DNA from: Octopus vulgaris
Lineage: Eukaryota
Direction of reading: 5' to 3'
DNA length: 64,000 nt
Assembly (NCBI GenBank): GCA_951406725.2
Contig: OX597834.1
Span: 12,028,001-12,092,000 of the forward strand
Below the pieces are notes generated by a model that was not told the origin of the DNA, made no database searches, and was given only the letters and a program-made list of their open reading frames with translations. The position numbers were made by a program, and so were the translations under genes. Below, one piece after another: positions 29,068 to 44,296 of this stretch. Positions within the stretch are counted from its first letter, which is position 1. The number at the start of each line of letters is the position of its first letter.

Positions 29068-30620
29068 ACGTTTGTAGTATATACGTGATTTAAACAGAAA
29101 GTGTACTTTCTTACAAACTATGAATTATGAGCGACGAATAAAATATGAAGCTATCAGTACACTCCCATGATAACTGGCTTCATTAGTGAGCTGCTAATTA
29201 ATTACTCTAAATTGATGTTTACTGGGTGGGAGCGAGCGTGTGACAAACGATTTATTGGTTAAAATGGTAAAAAAAAAGCCACAAAACAATACTTTACACA
29301 TAAATGTACAAATTACGTGGTGGTAGTGGTAGTAGAGCGTCGGGTAGAGTACCAGTCAGTATTAGTTCCGAGTCGTTACGCTTAATGTTCAAATGCTGAC
29401 GAAGTCAAATTTCACTTTCACCATTTGGGAGTCGATAAATATTAAACTTAATAATTTGTTTTCTATTAACCACAGGGGCTCAGGAATATTTAATTAAATG
29501 AATAAATATTGATATGTTTCGTGTGAATTCAGCGCTATATATATATGAAATTCTATTTTGATGCAAAAATGGTTATCTAAATATTTGTGCGCAGATGTAT
29601 ACTTAAAACCATTTGAAGCTAGCACTGGTATTTATAACAATGTGGTTAGAGTTGTCGATTATTTCTGTGATATGGTTCCATCTCTAAACCTGTTATAGGT
29701 ATAGTACTCGAAAACAACGCTACACGTAGGAGAATATAACAGAAAACCAATATAAATAATTAATTAGAATGCTATGGATGGCAAATATGAAAGGGAGATG
29801 GATGTGTTGTAAAGAATGGAATTAAAGTGAATTCTAAGTCTGAATAAAACAGTAGATTCACAAGCTTAAATTCCAAATAAAAGCACTACTATATAAACGC
29901 TGTTCTAAAATTTTAAAAATACTGTAGGCAAGTATATGATTAATATTTCTAGGGAGTATATTTTCACAAACGGAGGGACCATGACTAGATATTAGTAGCG
30001 GGACTTTTCCACTTCATCGATGCACTCCATCCCTTCATATTATCTTGGGCTATTTTTGAAATATCTGAAAGAATGATACACGAATGAAAATCAAAAATAG
30101 CTAGAAGTACTGAGAGTGAGAGAAACAAAGTAAATTTCTTAAAGACAGACAAGTGTGGTACAGATATGAAACTGAGAAATAAAAAAATAAATGTAAGATT
30201 TGAACAACAACAAAACTAAACAAAAAAAAAACGATGCTAAAGCTGCAACTTATTTTAAGGAAAATGATTTCACCTTAATTAATCAATAACCTATTGATTT
30301 GACAACAGGTAAGATTAAACCAGTCACCTCGTTGTACGTAGCGGAATCAGTGGATAAATTTAGACATAGGACCTTGACTCAGTAAGGTAGCAGAATTAGC
30401 TTCGCTTTACATACTGACAACCGACTGGTGGGGAAATCTGAAACCATACCTGAGTCATTTTTTTATTTTAATTCATCTGCTCTGTCACAAAAAGCGACCA
30501 TACTAATACTAACAACAACAACAACAATAAAGATAACAATATCAATAATAATAATAATAATAATAATGATACTAATAATAATAATGATAATAATAATAAC
30601 GATGATAATAATGATAATGT

Positions 30621-30870
30621 AAAAGTGATACCGGTGGTTATCGGAGCGTTGGGCCCAATCCTATTCAAACTTCAAGACTTCCTAAGGCAATCCCATGCAA
30701 TATTGGAAATCCCATGCAATTTTGGTATCTTGCAAAAAGTAGCCTTATTGGGGCGCAACACACATCTTAAGGAAAGTATTATTTGTCTGAGGTCATTGTT
30801 GGGACTTGATAGATGACTAAAAACTTCGATGCATTTTTACCTACGCTGTGTTACGAAGGAATAACAATGA
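30621..30870 (+). mobile_element. R4/Dong-clade 3' end (second subfamily) in (TAA)n
   Basis: Translates to KVIPVVIGALG...LQKVALLG, then after a frameshift ..HILRKVLFV*; flanked by (AAT)n. Confidence 0.75.
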
Positions 30871-30887
30871 TAATAATTAAAACAACG

Positions 30888-31091
30888 CTTTCTACTATAG
30901 GCACAGGACGGGCGAGGGGGGGTCTAGTCGATTACATCGACCCTAGTGTTATACTGGTACTTAAATTATCGACCTTCAAAGGATCAAAGGCGAAGTCGAC
31001 CTCGGCGGCATTTGAACCTATAAGGTAGCGACGGGTGAAATATCTAAGAATTTTGCCCAGCGTGCTAATGATTCTGCCAGCTCGCCGCCTT
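30888..31091 (-). mobile_element. SINE family B (old subfamily)
   Basis: Head ends CTGCCAGCTCGCCGCCT next to (AAT)n. Confidence 0.85.
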
Positions 31092-31098
31092 AAATAGA

Positions 31099-31164
<66 letters not shown>

Positions 31165-31759
31165 TGCTTTCTTTGCAATACAGGCACATTCATATAAAAG
31201 AAAATGCATCCATATGAAGAGTTCTAAAAGAGTGTGGGAATCCAGCAATCTACCATATTTAAAAGATGTGTAAATAACGTTATATCATAAATAGATAAAC
31301 CTAAGGAATTAGATGTAATTGAAATGTAAGAGATATAAATAAGTATATGAAAGCACTTATATCTATGTATTAAGTTCGAGAGGAAGCACAGATGGGTTAA
31401 CTTAGGTAACTTGATTTAGGGCTGATTGGATAACATCTGTTGTCTCATTGAAATACTTGAAAGTTTTCAAACAAGGTGTTTCACGTAATTTTGCAAAAAG
31501 GAATTTATGACGTTTTAAAAGATTTCAATGTATATCACAGATCGTGAATTTTCCTGATTACCAAGTTTAATTACAGTTAACTTTTGAATCGCAGCTCTGT
31601 TGTACTCACCCATTGTAAAGTTCTAATAGTGTGCACTGAGAAAGTATCTGTTTAATTTCAAGAAATTTACTAGAGAGCTGCAGAATTTCAAGAAAATTAC
31701 TAGAGAGCTGCAGAACCCATCACTCTCTCTTCACGCTCATTGTCAATGAGATAAAGAGA

Positions 31760-32190
31760 AATGTATATTACCACTGGTACCTTGATAAACATATGACATT
31801 GGTCGAAGATTTCTGTCCACCCTGCAAAGTCTATCATCAAAATCAAGAGAGAAAATATCTTATTGCCTTTCCGATCGGAGTAAGAGAGTGTCTGTATTTG
31901 TGATGTATACACTCCATAGCTGAAACCTTCTCATAGATGAAAACATCTTACAGCATATGTCTACAAGGACATTGAACAAGAGAGCTCAGCGTTGTTTAGC
32001 TACCCTCTAAGCATTTAAGGGCTACATATATGAGTATGTAAACGTGTTTGTCTTATCGGTAGTGCATCCAGTACGGTAGCATTGCCGAGAGATGCATTTC
32101 TGGAATTCAAACATATGGTCTGAATCTCGCTGGCCGTCTTCTGGTAAAGAAAACTCAGTTGATTTTTGTCGATACCCCAAAACAGCGAAA
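31760..32190 (-). pseudogene. Decayed mariner-type transposase fragment
   Basis: With frameshifts, the minus strand gives YR..EF / KTASEI..RNASLGNATV (N-terminal HTH region), then KVSA and LT(P)DRKGNK, resembling mariner KVSARWVP..LT.DQK..R in the correct order. Confidence 0.5.
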
Positions 32191-32684
32191 TTTTCCCCCA
32201 GCATTAATTTCAATATTCAGCTAGAGCAGGCATTTTTATGTGCATGGTAAAATAGCAATATTAATAGATGTGATAACAACATCAATAGATTAGTGGGTGA
32301 TGTGTCTATGTATGTATGTATGTATGAGGGTGTGGTCAGTAAAACAGTGAAGATGTTGGCCGTCTCATATCAGCATATCACACAAAGTGCCACTATGAGT
32401 GTTGTGTATGTATATAGGTATGTTTAGATGTATACATACACACGCAAAAACACACAACACACATAAGAAAAAAAGTAGATGTGTATGTATGTGCATATGT
32501 ATTTCTATGATTGTATGTGTGTGCCTCCGTGTATGCATATTTAGTGAAACATAACATGGTATGCATATCACATACATTCATCTGCATAATTCTTAACTTA
32601 TTCACATTTCAAAAGGCCTTTTAGTTACTAGAGCTAGATCAAGGGTGGCATTAGTCATACTAAAACAGCTGTAATATATTTGTA

Positions 32685-33173
32685 GTATAGATATATATAT
32701 ATATATATATACATATATACATGCACATATATATATATACGTATGTATGTATATATACATACAAACATATACATACATATATATAGATATAAATACATAT
32801 ATATATACACACACATACATATATATATACACATACATATATATATACACATACATATATATATACACATACATATATATATACACATATATATATACAT
32901 ATATATACATACATATATATACACATATATATATATACACACATACATATATATATACACATATATATACACATATATATATACATATATATATATATAT
33001 ACACACATATATACACATATATATATACATATATATACACACATATATATATACATATATATATACACATATATATATACATATATATACACACATATAT
33101 ATATATACATATACATATATAATATATATATATATATACACAAATACATATACACATACATATATATACACAT

Positions 33174-33222
<49 letters not shown>
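32685..33222. repeat. Compound (TA)/(CA) microsatellite
   Basis: Directly visible. Confidence 0.95.
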
Positions 33223-33861
33223 CAGTTATATGTCTGTGTGTCTCGCTTCTACTCATTTTCACAGAGATTGAAACATTAGTAAATGGATATGGTGGTTATG
33301 AATGGAGAAAAAGGATTGACAGAATGGAAGAATACATGAATGAATGAATAAAGGGTAAATGTCTGGATTTGAAAATTTATACGTCATCGATTTTCGTTTC
33401 CTCCTCTTTGATTCTGTACCGTTACTACTGCAGCAAAATACGCCAGATGGAAGACTATCGATCGATTGTCAAAACCCGAAACCCGAAATTATTCACACTG
33501 ACTCACACGCATTTATACACACATACACACACACACACACACACATGCATATACACTTACACTGTAGCGCACTCGTAATGCAAGCAGTTGAACACATACA
33601 CATATAAAAATACAGATAGATATCTAGGCAGATTTGCGTGTATACACGTATATGTCAGTACAATCGTATATATTCATATAGGAATATAGGAATATACACA
33701 TTCTCTCTCTTTCCCTATCTGTTTTTCTCACTAGATATACACGCAGCGAGAGAGAGAGAGAGAGAGAGAGAGTATGCTAGAGGAAGACAGCGAGAGAAAA
33801 AGAGAAATAGTGGGTTGCATGTATATAGATAGATTGACTGATCGATCGATCGATCGGCTGT

Positions 33862-34320
<459 letters not shown>

Positions 34321-34734
34321 AGCAGGTGCTTGAAAGGACTGACATGTTCAGTGAATCATCAGAACAAGTGTAAAACATGTATATTTCTATATAAAGAAAT
34401 TAGTTTTTAACTTCTTCGATGGTGCGGAGTGTATGCCAGGTAATTATCTATTGAACTTGAATTGATGGAGATATTTAAATATATATATATCGAAAAGCAA
34501 TAAGGTTTATCACTAATTGCAAAAATGCGATTATTTTATATGAGATAATTCAGAAAATTTTTTTTTAGCTTATATGAACGCATATAAAACCTGTGAAGTC
34601 AGCCATAATAATACGTATGCCACAGGAAATAATCTCAATGAAATGCTATACTAAGTCAGTATTTCGTATATGAAAAATTAACACAAGTTGTTATCCAATT
34701 ATCAAATTTCCTCTCTTTACGCAAAGATGTCTAG

Positions 34735-34883
34735 TTTCTGCTGACTCTTTAACCACAACTTTCACTTTGTCTCACTCTTTCCTCCTGCATCTTGCAGCTC
34801 ACCTGCGACGGACCGGCGTCCCGTCCAGGTGGGGAACCTATACGCCAAAGAAACCGGGAAACCGGCCCTTATGAGACAGGCAT
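34735..34883 (+). mobile_element. 5'-truncated SINE C variant with a V-like tail
   Basis: Near-identical to 36490-36628. Confidence 0.85.
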
Positions 34884-35184
34884 TTTTGCAATTAGTGAAA
34901 AATCTTTTGGTACAACATAAATTGGCAAATCAAACACTGATGTTGCTTAAGTCGGACCCACAATTTATTCAGATAAGCTATCACCGAGGATCGATAATGA
35001 GTTGATATAAGGTGGATAAAAGACAAATATTACCGAAGCCGGCTTTGAATAGGGACATAAACACTGGAAGAAAAGCTGCAATGCATTTTGTGAGCACTCT
35101 GATTATTTTACAAATTCACCTCTAAATCCTATGGAATAGTAAGCTAGTTGCCACTTGTACTCGTGTTTGGTACAAGAGTTGAAT

Positions 35185-35341
35185 AGGAGTGGCTGTGTGG
35201 TAAGTAGCTTGTTTACCAACCACATGGTTCCGGGTTCAGTCCAACTGCGTGGCACCTTGGGCAAGTGTCTTCTACTATAGCCTCGGGCCGACCAAAACCT
35301 TGTGATTGGATTTGGTAGACGGAAACTGAAAGAAGTCCGTC

Positions 35342-35404
<63 letters not shown>

Positions 35405-35625
35405 TGTGTGTGTTTGTGTGTGTGTGTTTGTCCCCCTAGCATTGCTTGACAACCGATGCTGGTGTGTTTATGTCCCCATTACTTAGCGGTTCGGCAAAAG
35501 AGACCGATAGAATAAGTACTGGGCTTACAAAAGAATAAGTCCCGGGGTCGAGTTGCTCGATTAAAAGGCGGCGCCCCAGCATGGCCGCAGTCGTATGACT
35601 GAAACAAGTAAAAGAGTAAAGAGTA
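35185..35625 (+). mobile_element. SINE family A, full length
   Basis: Complete head, internal (TA)n(TG)n and tail. Confidence 0.93.
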
Positions 35626-35889
35626 TATCCGTGTGAAATTATTACAAAAGCTTGAAATAGGCATCAAAGAATGAAATAATAATGTCTTTGTTATTCTTAC
35701 GATGGGTGAGACGTAGCTGACAATTGCATTATTATTCAACGCGTAAAGAAGGGAAGTTAATAATTGTGTTGCTCTTGTTTAGTCTCAGGTCGGATTTTCA
35801 TGGAATAAAAGTTTAATGAAAAGCGTTTCAGCTGTGGGCAGCTTGTCATTGGTCTTACATGCAAGAAACACGGCACCAGATAATGTCCC

Positions 35890-36118
35890 ATTTCTTTATT
35901 ACCCACAAGGGGCTAAACATAGAAGGGACAAACAAGGACAGACATAGGTATTAAGTCGATTACATCGACCCAGTGCGTAACTGGTACTTAATTTATCGAC
36001 CCCGAAAGGATGAAAGGTAAAGTCAACCTCGGCGGAATTTGAACTCACAACGTAACGGCAGACGAAATACCGCTAAGCATTTCGCCCGACGTGCTAACGT
36101 TTCTGCCAGCTCGCCGCC
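35890..36118 (-). mobile_element. SINE family B, young copy with a 9-bp TSD
   Basis: TSD ATAATGTCC at 35880-35888 and 36121-36129. Confidence 0.93.
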
Positions 36119-36347
36119 AAATAATGTCCGCTGTGTCCTTTCCAAAGCCGAGGAATTTTATATAAGGAAGATTTGATCGTTAAATGTAACAGGTCGATAG
36201 ACGACTTAGCGTTCCCATCGATGACTCTGCGGTTCAAGTATCGGTATGTTAAATATATGTAAAAGAAATCTTCAAACACAAATACACAATTAGAAAATAG
36301 ACCGCCCAAAAATACGGGTGTTTGATTGTAATGTCTTCCGTAATTAG

Positions 36348-36651
36348 TGGAGGCACATGGCCTAGCGGTTAGAGCAGCGGACTCGCGGTCGAGGGATCGC
36401 TGGTTCGAATCTCAGACCGGGCGATGTGTTTGTTTATGAGCGAAACACTTAAGCTCCATGCCGCTCCGGCAGAAGGTAATGGCGAACTTCTGCCGACTCT
36501 TTCGCCACAACTTTCTCTCACTCTTTCCTCCTGCATCTTGCAGCTCACCTGCGGCAGACCGGCGTCGCGTCCAGGTGGGGAACCTATACGCCAAAGAAAC
36601 CGGAAAACCGGCCCTTATGAGCCAGGCATGACTCGAGAAGGAACAAAAAAA
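36348..36651 (+). mobile_element. SINE with a family C head and V-like tail, 14-bp TSD
   Basis: A box TGGCCTAGCGG and B box GGTTCGAATCTC; TSD ATGTCTTCyGTAAT at 36331-36344 and 36653-36666. Confidence 0.9.
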
Positions 36652-37506
36652 GATGTCTTCTGTAATCGCAACGTAGATTTATGCAAAGGAGTAAGCATTT
36701 AGCGACTTGAGTTAAAGAGGGACTGGAAAAGTATTTGAAGAGAATATTCTAAAAGACTTTTGATAATGATTCTCCTCACATTAAAAGAATCACCAACAGC
36801 AATAACAGCAAAGAGCAGTAGTAGTAGCAGTATATGCTTCGGTGTCGTAGCAAATGTTCGCAACGCCCAGAAGCAAAGCCACTCTTGGGTACTTTCCTTA
36901 AATTCTCAAGCATAATAAATTCGAACTTCAGGCTGCATTAAAATTACACCTGCGGACAAATCTCGACTCGGCACTCCCTTCACGCCGGCTTTGATATAAA
37001 CCAGCTAGAAGCAATGTTCGCAAAACTAATTCCTAAATAAAGATTAATCTTTGAAAATATATTCATTAGAGACTAAAACACATGCGCGGTAGTTAAAGTG
37101 AGTTCTAATTTGTTCTTATTTATCAAGATAAGCATAAAATGTATATAGAGAGTGATTATCGTTCACATTATAAACGTGATCATCACATATATACTTACAT
37201 ACATTATAACAAATATATATATCTGCTTGTGTGTGTGTGTGTGTGTAAATATGTATGTTTATATGTGTAGATATATATGAAGTTGTATTCCGGAAAAAAC
37301 TATAGAAGCTGTTTATTCCCCACAGACGAATTTGGAGATTGTTTTTCTGCTTTGTTTCACATTAATTACACCTTTCATATCTCCTGTTATTAAAAACATT
37401 GGAGTTGCATCGATGCTTAAATGCATTACTCCAATCTAATCCGTACATTACTCAAATACATGTATCATTGACTTAGGTTGAATTGATGTTATTTTGTTTA
37501 TACATA

Positions 37507-37540
<34 letters not shown>

Positions 37541-39591
37541 AAGGTATACACATTTTCGTTCAACGAAAATAAGATCCACCAAGAAGATTATGGTGATTTC
37601 AACAATTATCATCCTGTATTTTTTTTTTGGCTCAACACACAATACATCGAGGAAATCTTTTAGTATTTTCTGTGGAGTCCTAGATTTTTGATACGAACCA
37701 CCATGATCTGAGGAAAATTTGGCTGTTATTTCTATCTAGAGAAATCTTCGCAATGAACATCTTCCATAAAACGGAATAACAACACATTCTCATTTGATAG
37801 ATATTCCAAGAATAAGCCATAGATATTCGGAGATCTGCATAATACTAAATTTCAAATTCTATTTGTAAGTACGGTCTTGATTTTTAAGGTACAAATAAGA
37901 AACCCCTGTATAGATTGGGCATGAAAACCCCGACATATATTGTAAATCCAGAGATTCGTTTAAACACCTAGTATTAGCCCATGCCACCCGAGATACATTA
38001 AAATTAAAATCCTTTTAAATTTTGCGAAAAGGATATGCATAATATTATCAAACAAAATTTTCTGAGGCGTACGAATTCATGAACTTAAAAAACATACTAG
38101 TCGAGAGATGTCCTCGTTCACTAATAAATGACCGGATAAAACTTGCCAAGAGACTTGATATTCGTTAGTTAAACGAGATAACACACTTTATGAAATATAT
38201 TACCTCTTCTGACTTATATTTATCTTCTATTTCATTTACAAAATAGATGTTCTGCTAACATGGAATGAAAACTTATGGTAGCATGCAATATTAATTTTAA
38301 TACTAACTACATAGTTATGATTAGCATCAAAGAAACCAGTCGACTACGTAAATTTCAGAAAAAAAAAAAAAATATATATATATATATATTTCTTTATTCT
38401 TTTTTATCCACCATAAAACTTTGCGTATTTTCCTTGTTATATTTTATAAAAGTACATACCTATAGCTTGTGTATGTATGTGTGTGTGTGTGTGTGTGTGT
38501 GGCCTCTGGTTCATGGCAGAACGCGCAACTATTTCTAACTGAATACTAAGTAAATATACAATTATTTGGCATGAAATAGTTTGTGACTAAAGTTAAGTAA
38601 CTACATAAATCTTTATTAATAACTCCATCGGAGTATACTTTCGGAGTAGACAGTTTGTGTTCTGTTACTCATTAACATAACACAACTAAACAGTAGAAGA
38701 TATTAAAAAAAAACGCAAAACAGAAAGGACACTGCGAAAGCAATACATTACACTCCAACCATGGATAGATTACAGAGTATAGGTATGGTATTAGACAATA
38801 ACATAGATATAATCTAATATTAGTTATACGAATAATACATTATATCATATAATACAATATAATATAACGCAATTTAATATGAAGCGGACAATACAGTTTA
38901 TCAAATATATTATAGACCGGAACAGAAACGGAGTCTCTAAAAACAAATATATCAATATATATATAAAAGAAAATGGGATTTGTAAAGAATAGTATGTAAT
39001 TTTAAAGTATTCAGTGAATAAAAAAATATAGGTAAAAAAAAATAAATAATAAGCAAATTAAAACTAATGTGATCTGCAAGATAATGCAGTTGAATAAAAT
39101 TGAATTAGAACAGTATGTAGATTTATAAGGAACGGTAGAATATTCGGACCCAGTATGACGAGAAGTACAATAATGTGTGCTGCCAGAAAGAATTTGAGAG
39201 GAAAACAAAGAAATGCTTCCGAAGAATACAGAATATAGAAATGTGTAAAGAAAAAATAAAATAGGTTAATAGTATGCATGAGAAATGTAAGAAACGTGTA
39301 TGTATGTATATTTGCATACATATACGCATGTGTGCGCTTGTATAATCTTATATATACGCCGACACTGAAACACACAAAAACAGGGTGACGCATATACATA
39401 CACATACAAATTACCACCCAAAATACACACAGAAATCCCCTCCACACTCATATATATTAGTTTTCTTTCTTATCACACAGTGTCATTAGGGTTGAAATAT
39501 TCTCAAATTCGAACAACCATATCCTCGTTCGAATGCCAAGAAATACCTTATGAGTGTATGCATCAGTACTTTTTGTGTTATATATATGCAC

Positions 39592-39965
39592 GTGGAGGCG
39601 CAATGGCCCAGTGGTTAGGGCAGCGGACTCGCGGTCATTGGATCGCGGTTTCGATTCCCAGACCGGGCGTTGTGAGTGATTTATTGAGCGAAAACACCTA
39701 AAGCTCCACGAGGCTCCGGCAGGGGATGGTGGTGATCCCTGCTGTACTCTTTCACCACAACTTTCTCTCACTCTTACTTCCTGTTTCTGTTGTACCTGTA
39801 TTTCAAAGGGCCGGCCTTGTCACTCTGTGTCACGCTGAATATCCCCGAGAACTACGTTAAGGGTACACGTGTCTGTGGAGTGCTCAGCCACTTACACGTT
39901 AATTTCACGAGCAGGCTGTTCCGTTGATTCGGATCAACCGGAACCCTAATCGTCGTTACCGACGT
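39592..39965 (+). mobile_element. SINE family C
   Basis: Near-identical to 9330-9717. Confidence 0.92.
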
Positions 39966-40470
39966 TAATGTCGTCGTTAATGTGCATATAAATGCACATT
40001 AACACAGCAGTCGGCCTATGGGTTCCGAGTGCTTTGACACGTTGGATTGGAGGAAAAAGTATAGATCTAAAATTTGTTAGATTTGGAGGAGGGTATATCA
40101 CTTGTTTACGAGTTGGCATAATACTTATTAACTGGGGAAAATAGAAAATCTTTGTTGTCTCCTTTCATTTGTCCTTTTCTCTCAGAACCTTACAGTAGTT
40201 TGGAGCAACTGAATTTTAGTCAGTCAGTTGATAAGCTCCACTACCTCAAATATTCTTAAAATTTAAATCCACATCTTTGTCGATATATCTACCTTCTCTA
40301 TAATGTTACCAGTTGATACGAAAATTACGTATTAATGGAAAACCTCTATTAATGGGTGATGAGTGCTCAGCATATTAAAACTATTGTAACACTTACAACA
40401 TTTAATAAAATGATGTAGTGCGAAACGATCGTACCAAATTACCGGAGTTATTCTTGTTGCTTATTTTGAT

Positions 40471-40501
<31 letters not shown>

Positions 40502-40509
40502 GATTGATT

Positions 40510-40552
40510 GATTCTAGTTTCAGCTTATGAGTTGTGGCCATGCTGGGGCACC

Positions 40553-40595
<43 letters not shown>

Positions 40596-40805
40596 ATATA
40601 TATATATATATATACTCACACATATATATATACACATACACCACACACACTCGCACACACACACACAAATAGGTGCAGCAGTGAATGTGTGGTAAGGAGA
40701 TTGCTTCCCTCAAAAATGGTTCCAGTCACAGCCCCACAACGAGGCATGTTGGCAAATGTCTTCTACTATAGTCCCACGAGCCTTGTGAGTGGATTGGGTA
40801 GATAT
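40510..40805. mobile_element. SINE A fragments: tail on minus (40510-40556) and head on plus (40672-40805) around a microsatellite
   Basis: GTGGCCATGCTGGGGCACCGCC and GTGTGGTAAG..GCCTTGTGAGTGGATT.GGTAG. Confidence 0.65.
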
Positions 40806-42428
40806 ATATGTATAGATAAACTTAGATATGTTTCTACCAACTGATAGGATTATCTAAATCCTGTTTAAGTCAAGTTCTTGTTGAGTGAGTTGTATCCAGG
40901 TATGGGTGGCTTATCCGATATGCCAGAGACAAACACATACATATATTACATGCCTAAGCAGCTACTTACCTAGACATATTTAATTGATAGCTACAAAGTA
41001 GGGGTCAAAAATAGAGTATGATGCTAATTTTAAACTTGACAAAGATGTGATTTCAGACTAGATTCGATCCCGCACGCATGAAGAAGTTTATCCAAAAATT
41101 CCCCGATTTTTACTCTGTTTCCTTCGAGCGTACAAATGAATACTTGAACTGCTGAATTTCATCGCTTCAGTAAATAATCAAGCGGTAAAAAAAAGGACCC
41201 ACAAAATCACTTATGGTGAGGTTGATTTACCTTTTATTACATAGGTCAATGCCTTTTACAAAGGTGGAGATTTAGGACCCCTCCTTCCACCACATACAAA
41301 AAAATTATATGTTCATCAAACATTTTATTGGGCATTTTAGTAATCGAGTTCTCAATTGCTTCTTGAATTCTTTCATTCCTTTATTCCCGAACACTTTATA
41401 TTACATTTAAACTTCTTTCGTTTCCTAGGCATGAACTTTAAACATTTTATTTAAGAAAATTCAAATTAGAATCAAATGAAAAAATTGTTGCTTTGAATTA
41501 AAGCGCATTTGATGTCCGATAAAAGATACTTGCTTTGTTTGAGTAAGAATTATTTAATTGAACGTTATCGCTCACAATTCAAACTACACGTACACACAAA
41601 TACATAGATTCCCACATATGCACATATACAAAGGTACATATTCATATACAATTCAATCACACGCATACATAGGTTCACAAAAACACACTCATATACATAC
41701 ATTCGCACATATACCTAGATACAGATACATGCACATGTATACATACACACAGATGTGTGGAGTTACTTTGATATTGGGCCATTAAAATTCAGCCCTTAAA
41801 ATATCAACAGAGTTAAGTTTCCCTACGGGAATATTTTATCCTTTGTTATTGACGATCTGAAACGTTAGGAATAGCACTTTAGGGAATATTTTAAATACGG
41901 GTATCAAAGGAAAAAAGATCAACGATCGAGGGAAATAAAAGAGATTATAAATTGAAAAGAAAACTAAACTAACAACAACGAAATCAACAGCCGCTATACC
42001 CATGAGAGAAAAAGTAACCTCCAAGTAATTGTTTTGCTTGATAGAAATAGCTGGTAAATCTCAATCTCACTGAAATCATTCTTACATTCTTGGAAAAAAT
42101 AAAACAATAGACGATGCATAAGAGAATATGATACTAGATACACTGTATCTAAAAGAATACTAAAATTGACGCAATTGATCATGAATGGAATGCAATTTTG
42201 TCATAGATCTTTTTGAGCAGTGCTGACCTGGGGTTAAACGCGAACAATAACTAAACCCACAAAACCGCAACACAGCTGAAGCAGCGAGAGAAAGGCATTG
42301 TAAAGCTTAACAGTGCTGGATAATTTTAGGAGAAGTGAAACAGTTATTTCACTGGCTTTTATCTGGTTATGTTCCATCAAACTGCATGTTTCTGCTTGTT
42401 TCTTGGAGAACAACGAATTAACATTGGG

Positions 42429-42478
<50 letters not shown>

Positions 42479-43717
42479 ATATATATACATATAAATATAT
42501 ATAAACATATATATACATATAAAAACATATACATATAAAAACATATATATACATATAAATATATATAAACATATATATACATATAAATATATATAAACAT
42601 ATATATACATATAAATATATATATAAATATATATATATACACACACACATATATGTACATATATTTTATATATATATATATATATATACAAATATATATA
42701 TATATGCATAAATGTCAAACTGATGCTTGTGGTTTACGCCATTGCGTTTACTGCCATTATAAATTATGTTCTTTTCTCTTTTGGTTTGCTGTCGATAACA
42801 ACTACAACAACAACAACAGCAGCAACAATAATAGAAACAATAATAATAACTATAATGAGTATTGTTGTTGTTGTTATCCACAGTAAAATGTCAAATCAAA
42901 TTTTCCTGAAATTGCTTTGGGAAAGAAGATTTCCAGTTTTAATTCGTTCCCTCAAGCTAGAATCCTTGCTATAATATTCGAAAACCGTGAAACGAATTAC
43001 AATAACAACACGATCAAACAACAAGACACCAGCAATAACAGGAAGAACAATACGAATCGTAGTTATTGTTTCTCACGTTTCTTATTTTGCCATTCCACCG
43101 TTGCAAATATATGCCATTATCTTCCGTCGTCATCGTAATCTTCATCATCACCATCACCATTATCATCATCGTCATCATCATCGACAATAACTACAACGAA
43201 AACACCACTACCACCACTACCATAACCACCTACAAAGCCACCACTACCATCACCATCAACATCCAAAAACACCAATACCACCTCCACCACCTTACCAATT
43301 GCATTTTTCCATCACCGTTCTTCATCTTTATCTCCATTGTTACAAATCATACCATACGTTTAGCAAAATTGGTAAGTCGCTTTAATCAACAAGTCGTATT
43401 TAGCGAGGTCTCTTTATGCTCCAAGATCGAATTGTGCCATGGATGTTTTCGGTTTTCATATTTCCAGGCACGTAAACGTAAGAATCAATCAAACAGGGTA
43501 TATTCAGTCAGTCAATTAATTCATCCGTAAAGTTGTTTTACAATATTTATGCCAGAGAGCATTATCAACAATTCCATGCCTCTACGTCGTGCGTTTATGA
43601 ACTGCGCCCATAAGAAATCGGTGAGAATTCTTTGAAGTGAGGTACAACGCCAGCAATGTTCAAAGGAAGGTGCCAGGCAAATGCATCGACCGTATTATTT
43701 GATATCTAGTTTATTAT

Positions 43718-43980
43718 AAATAAAAAAATAAATGCGCCCTTTTAAAGCATAGCCAACTTCATGGGCCCGGTTTCCCGGTTTCTATGGTGTAAATGTTCCC
43801 CAACTGGACGGGACTCCAGTCCATCGCAACGTTACTCATTTTTGCCAGCTGAGTGGACTGGAGCAACGTAAATTGAAGTGTTTTGCTCAAGAACGCAACG
43901 CGTCGCCCGGTCCAGGAATCGAAACCACAATCTTACGATCATGATGCTGAAAACCTAACCACTAAGCCACGCGCCTCCAC
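43718..43980 (-). mobile_element. SINE family D head with a V-like tail, 12-bp TSD, nested in an old SINE B
   Basis: The reverse complement starts GTGGAGGCGCGTGGCTTAGTGGTTAG..GTTTCGATTCCTGG..CTTGAGCAAAACAC; TSD CTAGTTTATTAT at 43706-43717 and 43981-43992. Confidence 0.9.
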
Positions 43981-44109
43981 CTAGTTTATTATGATGACCT
44001 CATAAAGTTCAGGAAAAATGCTACAAGGTATATTTTCCGATGCCTTAAAAATTCTGCAAAACCACCATTATTTTATATATTTAAAATAAAATATTAAGTA
44101 TTCATCGAA

Positions 44110-44296
44110 AAGTTTGGTACAAGGTTAGCAATTTTGGAGGAGAGTGCAGGCAGAGTACATCGGCACCACTACTCAACTGGTATTTATTTTCATCGACTGT
44201 GAATGGATGAAAGGCAAGTTCGACCCTAGCGGAATTTGTACAGAGAAGGTAAAGATTGACTAAGCAGCACTAACTATTGAGCCAGTCCGCTGCCTT
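44110..44296 (-). mobile_element. Degenerate SINE B
   Basis: GGATGAAAGGCAAGTTCGACCCTAGCGGAATTTG. Confidence 0.7.

Noticed and set aside
29982-30001. TGACTAGAT, a miR-279-like 5' end
   Set aside because: Seed-length match only; no hairpin.
31655-31716. 30-bp tandem duplication AATTTCAAGAAAwTTACTAGAGAGCTGCAG
   Set aside because: Ordinary two-copy slippage duplication.
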